Below, piece after piece: positions 1 to 13,423 of a stretch of DNA of 64,000 nucleotides. The DNA is taken from contig OZ287748.1 in assembly GCA_965649765.1 (NCBI GenBank), positions 12,338,001-12,402,000 on the forward strand, written 5' to 3'. The stretch's first letter is position 1; the number at the start of each line of letters is the position of its first letter. The notes beneath the pieces are model-generated. The model worked only from the letters and a program-made list of their open reading frames with translations. It was not told the DNA's origin and did not search any database. Position numbers and translations under genes: made by a program. Source of the DNA: Bispira polyomma (Eukaryota).

Positions 1-1042
1 CAATATTTATGGTAAATAAAATGAAGGCGTTAAACCAACAATGCCCCCCTGGTAGGTTGTCAATGGTGGCAGGTTTGGCTGACCTCAGGACTTATGTCAA
101 ATACCAGCTTAGTAAAATGATATTAGATTCCCAGTTTACATTATAATAACGGAAACTATGAAGAAATGATTAGGCTTGGTTCAATATACTTCTTTTGGGG
201 TATATCTTCAATTGTCATTTTTTTTTCAAGTAATGTGTGTTTAAATTTCTCTTTCTATGATTGTATTTATTAACATTTTTTGTAATTACCCATTTTTGTT
301 CATATATCTGATTCTTATGTATGGTACTAAACATATATAATACATACAGAAACCCCTCAGTTATGATTGTGCACATGTCACATTCTGAACAACAATCTTT
401 GCCCACATACTTACTCGAAAGCATTATGGAATCATTTTGGGGACTGAATTATCAGCATGGGCTGCATATTGAACTTGACCTTACATAAACTAATTAATAT
501 AATATTGAGTATAGTATTAGAAATACTTAAAATATTATCTTTGTGGTAATAAAAAAAAACATACTTATATAATGATATTTCTGTTTTTCAGGAATTAAGT
601 TTTGCAAGAAATATGTAGGGACTATAAAACGTTGTATTATAAATCCTTTATGTTGAAATCCACTTGATCAAATAATTGCCTTTGTTTTACAGCTATTCTG
701 TTTTTTTTATACAATTATGTCATACTTGTTTATACTCCTAATTTGATTTTCATTCACTGTATCATGAAGCTGCAACTTTATTTTAAAAAGGCAGGTCGGA
801 GGGAGGTGTTATGAATTACATCAGAAATATCGTAATATGAGCTTTTATATGCTTTTTGTTTCATAAAAATTAATTATTGTCCTAGTTATAGCACAAACAC
901 TTTTGCGGGTCTATTCCGTTTCCGAGTGATATTCTGTGCTTTAGTAGTAACCGTTTCACTTAGGGATTTGACATACTTTCTAATGAGGTCAGCTATGACG
1001 TGTTACCGGACATGGGAATCCCAGAAGTAAAAGTGCCAGAAG

Positions 1043-3613
1043 TGTTATGTCTGTGCTAACTACTATCCACCGTGATATCATGTCTGTGTCCTACTTTATG
1101 GCCAAATGACTGATAAACGTGTAATAGGTGTAATATGGCAACAGCCATCTGTTTTTATAAAAATCACAATGCACTCTTCTATGAATTTGTTAAATAAATA
1201 ATGTAATGATATTGTATAACATTGCACCATAAATGAGCTTACTTACTTAAAATTATAAATAGAATAGGACAATTTATTATTTATTAGGCACCTGTAACCG
1301 TAGATTTTTAATGTAAAACATTATATTTCTAAATCAATTAATTCTTTCATTTTTCATATGAAATCCACCTATTTAAGAGAAATTTTTATGAGACACATAT
1401 AACATTAACCACGATAAAACAAGATATATGTTTTTATAAATATTAGCCATATATCTACACCCCCTACGTGGTTATTCTTAGACCCGTCATACAAGATTCG
1501 GGAAAAAATTGATTGAGAAAAGCCGTTGCTCTCCAAATAAACGAAGACCTGTGCACCAACCATATGGGAAATACACACCAGTCAGCCCACAGAAAATTCC
1601 GTTCAACTGAAACAGCACTTCTAAAAATTACCAGTGACATCAATATGATTTTAGATAGGGGTGGTGTAGTTGCCCTTACCCTTCTCAATTTGTCTGCTGC
1701 ATTTTATACAATTGACCACAATATACTTTCTGAATGCCTTAATTCTTGGTTCGGGCTATCTGACTCGGTTCTTCAATGGATTGAATCCTATCTTGAATGC
1801 TGTGATCAAATCATTAGGGTCAACGGAGCTAAGTCATCTCCTTTTGATCTCCCGCTCTGTGTCCCTCAAGGTTCTGTCCTAGGGCCCCTTCTGTTTTTAC
1901 TGTACACTTCTCTCCTCGCAAGTATAATATCCTCACACCACAATATCAGCTATCACTTCTATGCAGATGACACACAGATCTACTGCTTCCTCACTCCCAA
2001 AAAATGTTCTCAGATCCTGGAACAGCTTTCTAGCTGCCTGTCTTCGATTGAATCTTGGATGAGTAATTCAAAATTGAAACTCAACCCTGACAAAACAGAA
2101 TTCCTACTTATTGGCTCAAAACATAAGTGGGAAAAGGTTCTTGACTCCTGACTCTCCTTGGTAATAGCACTGTTCCTGCTGACAGTGCGAAGAACCTAGG
2201 AGTTACTTTTGACTCTGACTTCTCCTTCAAAAAACATGTCTCGAATATCTGTCGTTCCTGCTACTGCAACATCTGTGACTTTCGCAGGATTCAACGGCAT
2301 TTAACCTAAGAAAATGCCATTGCAGTGGCAAATGCCCTGGTATTTAGTCGACTAGATTACTGTAACTCACTTCTCTTTGGAATTGGACAGGGCCAAATAA
2401 ACAAGCTACCGCAAATACAAAATAACCGGTGCAGAATAGTAAGCCATGCTGGCCCTCGCACCCACACAACTTACCTGCTGAAACAATTACATTGGGTACC
2501 TATTGAGTTTTGTATTAAATTTAAGGTAATTGTCCTCATTTTTAAGACAGTCAATGTACATCAACTTGCCTACAAATCATCTATGCTGTCTCTCACCAAT
2601 CTCACCAGAGGCAATCGTCTCTCCACCTTTGGTTTCCTACCCAAAAAATCAGCTGGTTCAAAATCATTCTTAGTTGCAGCACCTGCTGAGTGGAACAGCC
2701 TCCCTACCAGTCTTCGGACTGAGACAAGCATCACAGGTTTCAGAAAAAAGCTAAAAACACATCTGTATCAGCTCGCTTTTCCACCCTAGCATCCATCTGA
2801 TGGTCACGACTGAATCTCTGATCACAAACCTTTTTCTGTCTGCCAGACTATGCTCTTGCACACTTGCTAGGATATGCGCCACAGAGGATGCCTGGTCATC
2901 GATTGTGGCACTATAGAAGTAAAAACATTAACATTAACAAGACGGCAGCCCCCAGATATCGATCATGTTGGAAGGTCTCCAACCTAAAATATGACCCAAA
3001 TCTGGGTATATTCGGAAAGTCAAGGTAACGACTGGCTGGGCTTACAATATTAAATATGGAAGACACTACCTGAAATATTTGGGTGTTCCAAGAGTAATGT
3101 CTCTGGTGATGACATGATCAGTATTCAGTGATTTAGTATTCTCAGCGTCCATGCAGGATAAACAATTATATTGGGCTAATCAAAACGTGCAGCAGATATT
3201 CATTAAAATCAACTATTATTTTACATCTCAGGTACAATTGAGGTTTCATTTGATTCATGAGAAAGCATCAGTTCGGGGCACAATATATTTATTGTTTGGA
3301 TTTTCTCAAGGTTCCTACATGTAGAACCATTTTCCAACAATAAAATTATGAAATTCATTCCACTGTTACAGGTGCTCAGTATATGTGTTTCACCCAAAAA
3401 ATGATAAATTGTCAGCTTCCATTTATATTTATAAGTCAGATCATTGATGATGCAATGTTATACAATATCATTACATTATCGAAGTCACAACATTAAAAGA
3501 AGAGTGCATTATGATTTTCTATAATATTTCACCTGTTACACCTTTAAGTCATTTGGCCATAAAGTAGCACACAGACATGTTGTTATGGTAGATAGTAGTT
3601 ATCACAGACATAA
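1043..3613. mobile_element. Degenerate DNA element defined by ~90-bp inverted repeats (1043-1136 / 3524-3613), containing a nested LINE
   Basis: ttatgtctgtgctaactactatccacc...ctactttatggccaaatgact...gtgtaataggtgtaatat aligns with the reverse complement of 3524-3613 at roughly 80% by eye; outer ends not resolved. Confidence 0.55.
1497..2936 (+). mobile_element. 5'-truncated, degenerate L2/CR1-group LINE (RT and C-terminus)
   Basis: Motifs HSTETALL-like (RSTETALL), VPQGSVLGPLLF, FYADDTQIY, KLNPDKTEFL, SRLDYCNSL, LHWVP and C-terminal AFPP*; stop/frameshift near 2150; 3' stem-loop and (ACATTA)n tail; candidate TSD acaaga at 1491-1496 / 2937-2942. Confidence 0.92.
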
Positions 3614-3709
3614 TAGTCCTTCTAGAATAGTACAAAATATAAGGCAGCGCCCCCAGCGTTGGTACTTTAAGTTCTGGGGTACCAGTCTTCTTTCAAATTG
3701 TAACGCTTC

Positions 3710-3734
3710 ATTGGTTGCAGATTACCCTATATAA
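3710..3734 (+). promoter_or_regulatory. Candidate CCAAT (ATTGG) plus TATA box of the YR element
   Basis: ATTGG at 3710-3714 and TATATAA at 3728-3734, upstream of the gag-like ORF. Confidence 0.3.
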
Positions 3735-4106
3735 GGCTGTGCTATTTAAATGTCCCGCCTTTTAAAAACAATAGCCGTTCACGGAACATCAATTTGAAGC
3801 AATGTTGAAGTTTTCTGCAGTTTTATGTTGTTTTTAGACTGTTTTAGAGAATTTTAATTTGTTTTGTCTGTTTTACATTGTTACTGAATTTTATCATGCC
3901 TTCGTTAGTGAGTTAGTGAATTGTTCTAAGTGTTTGGGTAGACATGCCCGACCGGTCGGGGCTGAATGTCAGTTAACAGTTAATGCTACTTCCATTGCTG
4001 ACATCGACCAAGGTGAGGAACACACAGATGCTAGTCTGGTTCAGGATGTGGGGGTGGGTACTGTGTCAAATCAAATACTTCTCCAGCTCCAGTCCATGAT
4101 CCAGAT

Positions 4107-4354
4107 AGGGCCTAGTGGTTAGCAAGCATTGCGATTCACAATCACTGGTCTCTCACCTCTGGGCGGCGTGAGTTCGAATCCTGTCGATGCCTATGTGGGA
4201 AAGGTGGTAGTTCCTTACTGTGGGCCGCTGGTTTCTCTGCAGAACCTTGACCGACTGTATGCAGTGTTTCCTCCAGCATTTCCAACTACCCGTCCCAATA
4301 TAACCTACTAAAAGGTACTAGAGTGGACGTTAAATATCCAAATTCAAATTCAAA
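4107..4354 (+). mobile_element. tRNA-derived SINE (family A) inserted in the gag-like ORF
   Basis: A-box-like ggcctagtgg, B-box-like gagttcgaatcc, (AATTCA)n tail; TSD tccatga(t/g)ccagat at 4093-4106 / 4355-4368. Confidence 0.92.
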
Positions 4355-7300
4355 TCCATGAGCCAGATGATGGAAAGAATGGATCAGCGTGTGCAACTCA
4401 CCGAGGCGGTGTTGGCAGCAGATGGAAACAAGAAAAAGGCCAGTAATTTGACTTCTTGCAATAGTTCTGTAAGCAATACGGCTGAAATAGCTACACCCGT
4501 CAATGTAGTAGAAAATGTTGAAAATGTAGTACCCAGTGTTGATTTTCTGAGAAACAACACACAAATTCAAAGCCACGTAAAACTTTGGTTGGCTGAATTA
4601 AAGCGCCTCAACGAAATCCCCAGTCAGGGTAAGCTAAAGTCTCAGAGGGGGAGCGGGATAGATGTTGGTATTAAACGTGGCCACAAAACCATGTCCTTAC
4701 CTGTAGTTTTTGGGCTAGGCCCACGTACAACGACTTGTCTATGAGCCAGAGGGTATGCAGCTTTAGGATTATTCAGGATGAGAAATCAAATTCTGTTAGG
4801 GAAATAATGCTCGAATACATGTCCAACCTTGTGGAGGACTCTGAAGATTTCTCGTGGGAGGCAGCAAAGGCTTGTCATGCTGTTGTGCTCACGCACATGG
4901 AAATGGACAAGCTTTCGTGGTCCGACGTGGACAAATGAAACCATTTAAGAAGGGCCCACGCCCAGAGATACATGTCGAGTAGCAGTACTACTCCGGCTAA
5001 TTCCAGTCGGGGCAGTAAAACAAGTGGCATGGCCAAACAGAGTGCAAATTGCAAATTTTTCCAAGATGGGTCCTGTAAGTTCCCCAGTAGTCACAAGACA
5101 GGAAACACGTATTTTAAGCATGTCTGTGAGACTTGTGGGGGCACCCATAAAAGTAGTGCATGAACCAGAAATGGGGTAAAAAACTGAGGGCCCACTGCAT
5201 TAACGCCCACTGCGTTATACTACCCAATCACCATTTGGGTAGTATGATTTATAATTCAAAATTTCGGAATCAGCATTTACTAGAGAAATCTGTTGTAAAT
5301 AGAATGTTGATGTATTACAGAGGTAAACAGACTCGCTGCACGAACAGCGACACTGTTTCAGTGGGAAGTAAAATATGTCAAAACAAGTCTTGAAAAATGG
5401 CCCCAAAGCCTTTCAATGCAGTAGAACTTTTTTCACAAGTAAACAAGGTGTGAAGCCACCTCAGTCAATGTTTAAAGGTGTCATAAATGCCAAGAATACA
5501 AGCATTGAAAGGGAAAATGGGTGTTGACATTTTGGGTGAATCCCGCTTTGTCTTGGCCACGCGAAACAAAAGAAACAATTCTGAGTCGGGAAAACGGCCT
5601 TCTACCACTGTTGTAAATGAGATGGGGGGTTCAAATTGTGTTACACAATAGATTTCTTCCACTCTGCCAAACCATTGTTGAACCCGGCAGCAATAGAGAG
5701 GAGGGTGGGGGAGGGGGGGGGGGGCAGAACAGGGTGTCAATATTGTATGTAAACAAAACGCCAGTGATCCAACTAGTGGCAATAGTAACCACATATTCAG
5801 CATTTTTGAAATGCACAACAAATTAAGACAAGATAGTAGACAAAATTTTAGGGGCCTCCAGCTTGCTGTTGAGTCGCAGTCAAAGGCTGACAAGTGGAGC
5901 AAATACCTTGAGAACTATTGGGACTGGCAGCTTCCTTTGCTATTAAGTATGGCTTCCCGTTAGATGTATGTAGGGATAACATAAGTCAGTCAGAAAATGC
6001 CAATCACAGTTCTGCAAATTGTTTTCCTGAACACGTGGAAACATATTTAAAGGCAGAATGTCAATTTGGGGCCATTCTGGGTCCTTTCACCAATCCACCA
6101 ATTAAAACCCTCCACTGTTCGGCGATGATGACTCGGGAGAAATCCATCTCGGCTAACAGGCGCGTTATTATCGATTTAAGCTGGCCACATGGCCAGTCAG
6201 TTAATGCTGGGGCTTCTCATGTAGGCGGCTTCATTATGCATTTGCTGCCTCAACTACCAGGGCCTATGACAGGATGTTTCGGCTGTTTGTCTCCTTTGGG
6301 GCCTTTATGAATTGGCCCCCATCTCAGGTGACTGTATTTAAACTCTTATGTTTTTTTGAGTTCCTAAATTATAATTCCATTTCAGCCTCATAAATTGCTA
6401 ACCACCTGTCTACAGTTAAAGCTAGGTGCATCCTGTTTTGTATTAATGTAGAGTGTTTTTCTGATCCAAGAATATCATATTTTAGTCGGGCTTTGGCTTT
6501 ACACAAACCACTGCAACCTAAACTTAAAAGCTTATTTGACATTCCCTTGCTCACGGCCCTTGTGTTGAAATGTGATAGCACATATATGGGCCAAATATTT
6601 AAGGCAATATATACCTGACCAGTTTTTTCAGTTTCTTACAACTGTCAAATTTGTAAACCTGGCTATGTTACTCTATTAATCAAGTAATCTAAAACCATGC
6701 AGACAAACAATGTAAGGAGGCGATGACGGACACCCATGTAAGGCGTCATTTGAAAAATGTCTTGCAGCTCCTGGGTTGCTAGCACAATAATCTTACTTTC
6801 CATGCTTTCCGGCGTTCAGGTGCCACGTTTGCTTTTAATAATAATGTCAACATACAGGACAGTCAACGACATGGCACCTGGCCGTCGGATTGTGTCTGGA
6901 GATATATAACCGATTCAGCCCAGGCTGGTTCTCAGGTTGCAGACTCTTTCAGATTGGCGCTACAGCACTACTCCTAGGTTTCTTGGGTTTGGTACTGGGT
7001 TTTCTGTCTCAGCTGTAAATATAAAATACAATACATTAATGTATAATAAATAAAACTTAAAACTGCTGCTGGGTGCATAATGTACTCTTCACAGTCTTAG
7101 TATAGCTTAAACTTATTACACAAAAAACTTCTGGTATGCCCTCTGAAACTAATTGGCATACTATCAAACCTTCAAGTATTTTAACTTAAGGTAGGGTAAC
7201 CTTACTGGTTCCTACCCAACTTAATTTAAGGTCAACGTTGTCTGACCTCAACTTTCACTAACTAATTTGAGGTGACCTTAGGGCACCCTTAGTGATTCTT

Positions 7301-9060
7301 AAACTTAAATTTAGGGTGACCTTAAGTCACTCATGTTTTTAATTTTGGTATTTAAGGTGATCTTAGGGCACCTCTATTCAAGCTCACAATCATTTAAGAT
7401 GGCTGTATGCCCCCTCCTTAATGGCTTAAACTGTACATAGAAACCTTAGAGCTAACACACTTCTAGTCACTAATAAATTTACCGCAAGTCGTTTTATTGT
7501 GTAACAATCCAAATTCATGTCCATCTCACTTTAACATATTACTTCACTGGTACCCTAGGGAACTGTGGTTGACTGTTGTACATCACACTATTCATGTCAT
7601 TAGTAAATTAATGTGTGTTTACGCCCCAATCGTATTCAGACTTTCTTATGGTATGTATGTCCCTTGTCAGTTGCAGTTTCAATTTACCGTATAATTAAAA
7701 GTTCATTGTTTTGCCTGATATCATTGTAAGAGGGTATTCTATACTTCATATGATCCCCTGGTGTCAATTCATTGTACCACAACTGATCTCTTGATGTAAT
7801 GGAGAGGGTTGTCCGAGATATTTATTAAATGACCCAGAGAAATGTAAGACATGTGTTCTCTTATGATAATTGTAAATGTTATTAATCCATTTTTGTATGG
7901 TGAACAGATACCATTCTGTAGTGTCTAATATATTATAATCCCCAGGCACACTGCGTTTACGAGTACTTGGTGGCATTCTGGGACCTCAAAATCATGATAG
8001 TTTGTTACAGGTCCTTAATAATCCTTAATCACTCGATGGTGTTCAATGTTTGTGGATGATCTTTTGTAACTATCATGATAAAACAAGATATATGACCATT
8101 ACGATTGTGTCCAGGTTTTCATGTTTGCAAGTTATTTCTTTCTACAATTGAACTGGTGGCAAGAAGTCTTTAATTGGTGGCATATTGTCAAACAAATGAC
8201 CTACAAGCGTTGGGAGTAGTTTCTGTCAGTCGTTGACCAGTTCAAATCACACAATCAAGTTTCGAGTGACAGTAACTACTTTCACAAAGTACAATAACCA
8301 TTGGCCGAGCATCAGCTTCTACCCCCAAACAATAGCTTTTTGTTATACCCCTGTTCCACTATGATGATCATAGCTCCTGACCATTACGATTGTGTGATCG
8401 AGGCCATTGTCAGGGAGGTCGCTGAGTTCCAACAAGTTGTCTTTTTGACTCGGGCCACTCACAGAGATGTTTAAAAACTTGTGCGAGTGGTTGTTAATTG
8501 GCTGATAAGTCATGGCATTCAGGGTCACTCGTAACCTACTCCCGAGTTATCGTTACCATCCAACGACTTATCCTTTTCACTCTGCCCCTCCCTCGACCAA
8601 AATTGTTTGAAAATTTACCACTCTAGATTCCGACTTATCTGCCCATCTTTTACAATAGGTCGGGCCATTTTGACTTGTCTTCCGCCCCCTCTGTCATGTG
8701 CTAAGAATAGATTATTTGATTCACCCCCATTAAAAAAAAATCGGGCCAACAAAAGATAGGACGTTGGAGCCGCCCGGGCAACAAAATAACTGGGGGGGGG
8801 GGGGGGGGACAAAAGATAGGTTGGTGGAACAAAAGATAGCTCAGGGTATCAAAAGATACCTCAGGCTCAGAATCGGATTGGTCAACAAGTACATTTGAAG
8901 AAGGGGACAGGAATTTTTAAAAGGCAGACAAGCCAGTATTCTTCATTTATTCATTACAGCATCTTTAAATAACTCTTCAACTGCCAAAAAATATTATAGA
9001 ATTTTATTATTAGTGAGAGAGGGTATTAGTTTTTTTTGTGCGTTAAACTTAGAAATTATA

Positions 9061-10258
9061 ATGGGCCCCAAAATGAGACCCAGATAGAGGAGGATAGAGT
9101 CAGTAGATGAGGAGCAGAGTCAGGAGTTTGACATGTGGGAGGCAGCAGCGGCAGCAGATGTGCCCATTGCAGACACACAGGAGGTGTCACAGGGGACACA
9201 GGATGAAGGGACACAGGATGAAGGGACCTACCAAATACAGAGGACACAGTTGGGGACAGTGAAGTGACTGGCTTTAGCAGGAGACAAAAAAGGGAAAGAT
9301 ACAAACAGTAGAATTGTATTATTAAAAGAAGATTAAGAGGAGACCATGGTAGACTTCTTAAAAGAGTACGAGTGGCTGTATAGCAAGTGTGACCCACTCT
9401 ACAAGGACACCCAGAAGAAGGATTTGAATTTGAATTTGGATATTTAACGTCCACTCTAGTACCTTTTAGTAGGTTATATTGGGACGGGTAGTTGGAAACG
9501 CTGGAGGAAACACTGCATACAGTCGGTCAAGGTTCTGCAGAGAAACCAGCGGCCCACAGTAAGGAACTACCACCTTTCCCACATAGGCATCGACGGGATT
9601 CGAACTCACCCGCCCAGAGGTGAAAGACCAGTAATTGTGAAGCGCAATGCTTGCTAACCACTAGGCCACCACGGCCCCCACCCACCCAGAAGAAGGACAT
9701 GGTGTGGCAAGAGTTCTGTGTCTCCAAGGGGTCAGATGCCGGCAAGGTGAAGAAGTGGTTCCAATCCCAGAGAACGATCTACAGGAAACGCAGTATGATG
9801 AAGTTGGGCTAAGCTCGACCAGATCTCACTGTGAGGCAGTCATAGGTGAAGGACATCTTTGACTTTGTCAGGCCACATATACTCCGCAACGGTCTGGATA
9901 GCACTGCCTGCCAGCCTTTCCAAGGAGTCATCAACCTGTGCCCAAAAGCCCTAACCCAAAAGTGGCACTTTTAGCAGAGCTAAGGAAGAGTCTGGACAGA
10001 ATGGAGTATACTATCTCCGGTTTCCTGGAGGATGTCTCCAGCAAGACCAAACCCGAGGGACCAAGTAGTGCCTTTCGTAAGTGGTTGTCTTTAAAAGCTG
10101 AGAAACTCCCGGGTCAGTACTTCAGCCATTTCAGAAGGGATTCCTTCAACCGCATCAGCAACCTACAAGAGAAGGCTTCCAGCAGTGCCACAGTTCCAAC
10201 CGCAGCAGTACCAAGCACAACCTTTTCCCACATACCAGATGTGCATACACACAAATGA
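9061..10258 (+). pseudogene. Harbinger-type MADF (Myb/SANT-like) DNA-binding ORF remnant, interrupted by a SINE
   Basis: Removing the SINE and one TSD copy gives EETMVDFLKEYEWLYSKCDPLYKDTQKKDMVWQEFC...VKKWFQSQRTIY...FDFVRPHI, followed by a C-terminal helix SAFRKWLSLKAEKL...F..FRR; internal stops. Confidence 0.8.
9423..9682 (-). mobile_element. tRNA-derived SINE (family A)
   Basis: Reverse complement of the 4107-4354 copy; perfect 15-bp TSD cacccagaagaagga at 9408-9422 / 9683-9697. Confidence 0.95.
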
Positions 10259-10344
10259 AAAAATATTCCCCCTACACATTTAACCACATTTTAGACAGTG
10301 TTTTTGATTGCCCTGAAAAGTGCCTTTTTGGGGTAGTTTTTGGT

Positions 10345-10600
10345 TCACACTCGGTCATTCTGCCAAGCCACTTTCCCCTCATTCAGGGAGTAGCCTATGA
10401 GTATCTCCCTCTGTTCTTTGGCAGCCCTCCTGGGATTTCTACAGTCAGGTGGGCTATTTTCTCTTGCAAGTGCTTCCTGTGGGATGGGTGGGTCTTCTTC
10501 TGGATTTGGGTGCTGCATTGCCATGTTAGATTGCAAGGAAAAGCATTTGGTCATTAATTCAGAACAAACAGGACAACTGATTATATGCTGTGTGATTTTA
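10345..10600 (-). pseudogene. C-terminal remnant of a PIF/Harbinger transposase, convergent with the MADF ORF
   Basis: ...RRAAKEQREILIGYSLNEGKVAWQNDRV* resembles the AK.QR..L..Y....G.VPWQ end of Harbinger transposases. Confidence 0.65.
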
Positions 10601-11434
10601 CAATAACAAATAAGAATAACGCATGGAAACCGGCATCACATGCACACCATCATAACAATTTTTACTAATTTGGCCACACTCCTTCAGGACAGTAGGTGCT
10701 ATTAAAGGTCTTTATTAAATGCATTGCACATGCACGTATGATGGTCTGCAGCCTGTCTTTGGTTATCTTACACAAATCACACACATTGATGAGACTAGTC
10801 CCTACAATTCTGAAACTGGTTGTCCAGATTCGCAGACAGGTAGCCCACTCATCTTAAGACTGGTCGTATGCTAATTGCCCACCAAAATTTATATACGACT
10901 GCCACTACAGCCTAGTACGACCTGTGGTCTATGCTCTTATACAGTTATAAATGTTTTAAGCATTTTCTCTGATAAGTGCCACTTAAACTTATCATCAGAA
11001 TTTTTATCAGTGTGAAGATGTACCTAATCCATAACGAATCATTTGTAAACAAATTAGATTAAATTATAATGTGATAAAATAAACACAGCTATTTGATAAT
11101 CACTAAATTGTAATTAAAAGTAGGAAATAAGTTCACATACTGGGGTAATGAGACCTGTAGTTGTTATTAGCTGTATTTTCTTCTACTTTGATGAGACTTG
11201 ACCTTAGCTTTACTGTCACAAGTTTAAGATGTACTACCATTATTGTCTTGCCGTTGATATTTGTTGTCACCATTTGTTACAATTATGATTTGCGGTTTCC
11301 AGTTTAACTTTGATCCAAGATGAGATGCACTATGCATTCATAGATCTTTCACCAAAGTATGTTTATTGTTTAGCTTTAACACTTAAGTATTATATCGCGA
11401 TGGGCAGTCTATTGGTGGAGGTAGTTCAGGGTAA

Positions 11435-12112
11435 TGCCCCCGTCCCACCGGCCTTCACGTAAGCAGTCGTTACAAAAATCAATTTGCGTATGGTTTGTGT
11501 GGTCTTTGCAGGAGCTGACATAATATACATAAACATACATAACCTGACGTGAGAGATGACATGCAACAAATTCATAATTTCAAACCACTTGAAATTTGGA
11601 CATGTAAACCATGAAAGATGGATGCGTGATTTAACGTACATATATTTGCATGAGCTTTGCAAGATGTGACATAGTATACCGTGGTTTGATGTATCCAAAC
11701 GAGTGTTTATGTAATACACGTAATACAGCGTAAGAATTCATAGAAATAGTATTACCTATGTCAACGTAAAAAGCGCAGCCTTACGAAAGATTACGAAGAA
11801 GAATGTGCATATAATGTTATAAATGACATGGCTTAACATAATATTATTCTTTAATGTGTCAATGTGCACCGTTTTATGTATATTTGCATGTCTTTGCGTA
11901 CAAATGCGTGCTATTTGATACGTAATTTTTACATGAACTGTTGCATCAGCTGCAAGTCTTTACAGGTATTAACGTGGATCTCTGGGTAAGTTAACTCCTT
12001 TGACGTAAAAAAAATATATAAATCTACTTCTGCGTTGACTTTTGCATCAAATATTTGCAAGAGCGCTGTGTGGTTAACATAGACTAAAGTCAATCCGGTG
12101 GAACTAAAAGCA
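11435..12112. mobile_element. Non-autonomous Harbinger-like MITE
   Basis: TAA at 11432-11434 and 12113-12115 flanks imperfect TIRs tgcccccgtcccaccgg / reverse complement tgcttttagttccaccgg; interior rich in acgta motifs. Confidence 0.55.
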
Positions 12113-13423
12113 TAAACGAGACCTAGCTATTACCTGAAGTTGTTTAATTATGAAAAAATCAAAACAAAGACCACTTTGTCACAACAAGTTCTCACCAGTC
12201 AAAACTCCCACAAGACAAGATTGTGATAATTTCTAAGGTTTCAAAACATACACCAAAACTCAAGTATGACGGTCAAATATATCAACAGAGTTCATAATGA
12301 CATTGATATCTTGCTCGAGTGGTTTGTTTGAAGAATAGAGAGGAACTACTTCAAAGTAATGGATCCGATGTGTTATTATCAGTTGTTTTATATTCATCCC
12401 ACATCTTGATTCACAGGTAATATTAGTGTGAGATCTATTTTGGATATACCCACATTTGATTTGGAAACAAACATATTGAATTAGCCTCAAAATTGGTTAC
12501 ATTTCTACCTTTGCCCTAACCATATCAAATTTGTCAAATTGAATATTAATATTCATACGAAATAGAAATTCTGCCCCTAAATTGAAGTCCTAAGTTTCTA
12601 TTCAATTTATGCAATAATATATAAAGGGCATCCAGTGATAGGTGGTATATCCTACTTCTTTTGAATCATTTGAATGGAATGGTTCCATTATAAATCATTA
12701 ATGACACTTGGACTGAATACATGGGGTGTTTTAGCGAGAGAGGGAGAGAGTAATGCGTAACTTGGCTGACTATGTGAGATTGTGAACAGGACAACTGGCT
12801 CATAAGCTGATATAAACAATGAACACCAAAACTGAAAGGTTTCTCATTTGCATGATCTACAGAATCATAACAGAGTATTAATACTCAGGGAAGTGGTTCA
12901 AGGATCAAAATTGTGTTTAGGTGATTTAGAAAGAACCTTGAAGAGAAATATGAGTATTTATGAATTCTTATGGATTTATCAGCTTCCAGTAAAACCATTC
13001 TCAAGGAGAGAGGCAATCAATACCTTAAGTAATGACAATAATTCGTGTGATACACAATCAAAGTGAACTATTAGATAATGACTGCTGAAAACCTCTGGAT
13101 ATCCAATTAATTGGTCATTTCTGTAAAATAACTAGTTAACACTGATTTATTGACTCTCACCAACAAAGAAAAAAACAAAAAACAAATCTTTGCGTATTAA
13201 ATGTACAAGACTTATGTGAAGCGAATATAACGTGGCCCACGTCACAAATGTAATTAAAAATTTACTGGTTGTGTTTCTCAATTTGTATCACTAATATGAT
13301 AAAAACGTCTATTTATTTATTTACACATTATTTATTTTTGTTTGCTTACGTTTCATAAAATAAAAACGAAATAAACGTAAAATCAAACATAGTGTGACTG
13401 CCCTATTTTAAACTGTGAGGGAC

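Larger units (their letters stand above)
3625..7740 (+). mobile_element. Degenerate Ngaro/DIRS-like tyrosine-recombinase retrotransposon (gag-like, truncated RT, YR); boundaries approximate
   Basis: Gag-like frames 3940-5200 with CKFFQDGSC...HVCETCGGTH; RT N-terminus YGFPL...NHSSA...ILGPF...RRVIIDLSWP at 5918-6210; YR 6215-6975 with LTFHAFRRSGATFAF and HGTWPSDCVWRY; several stops and frameshifts. Confidence 0.85.
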
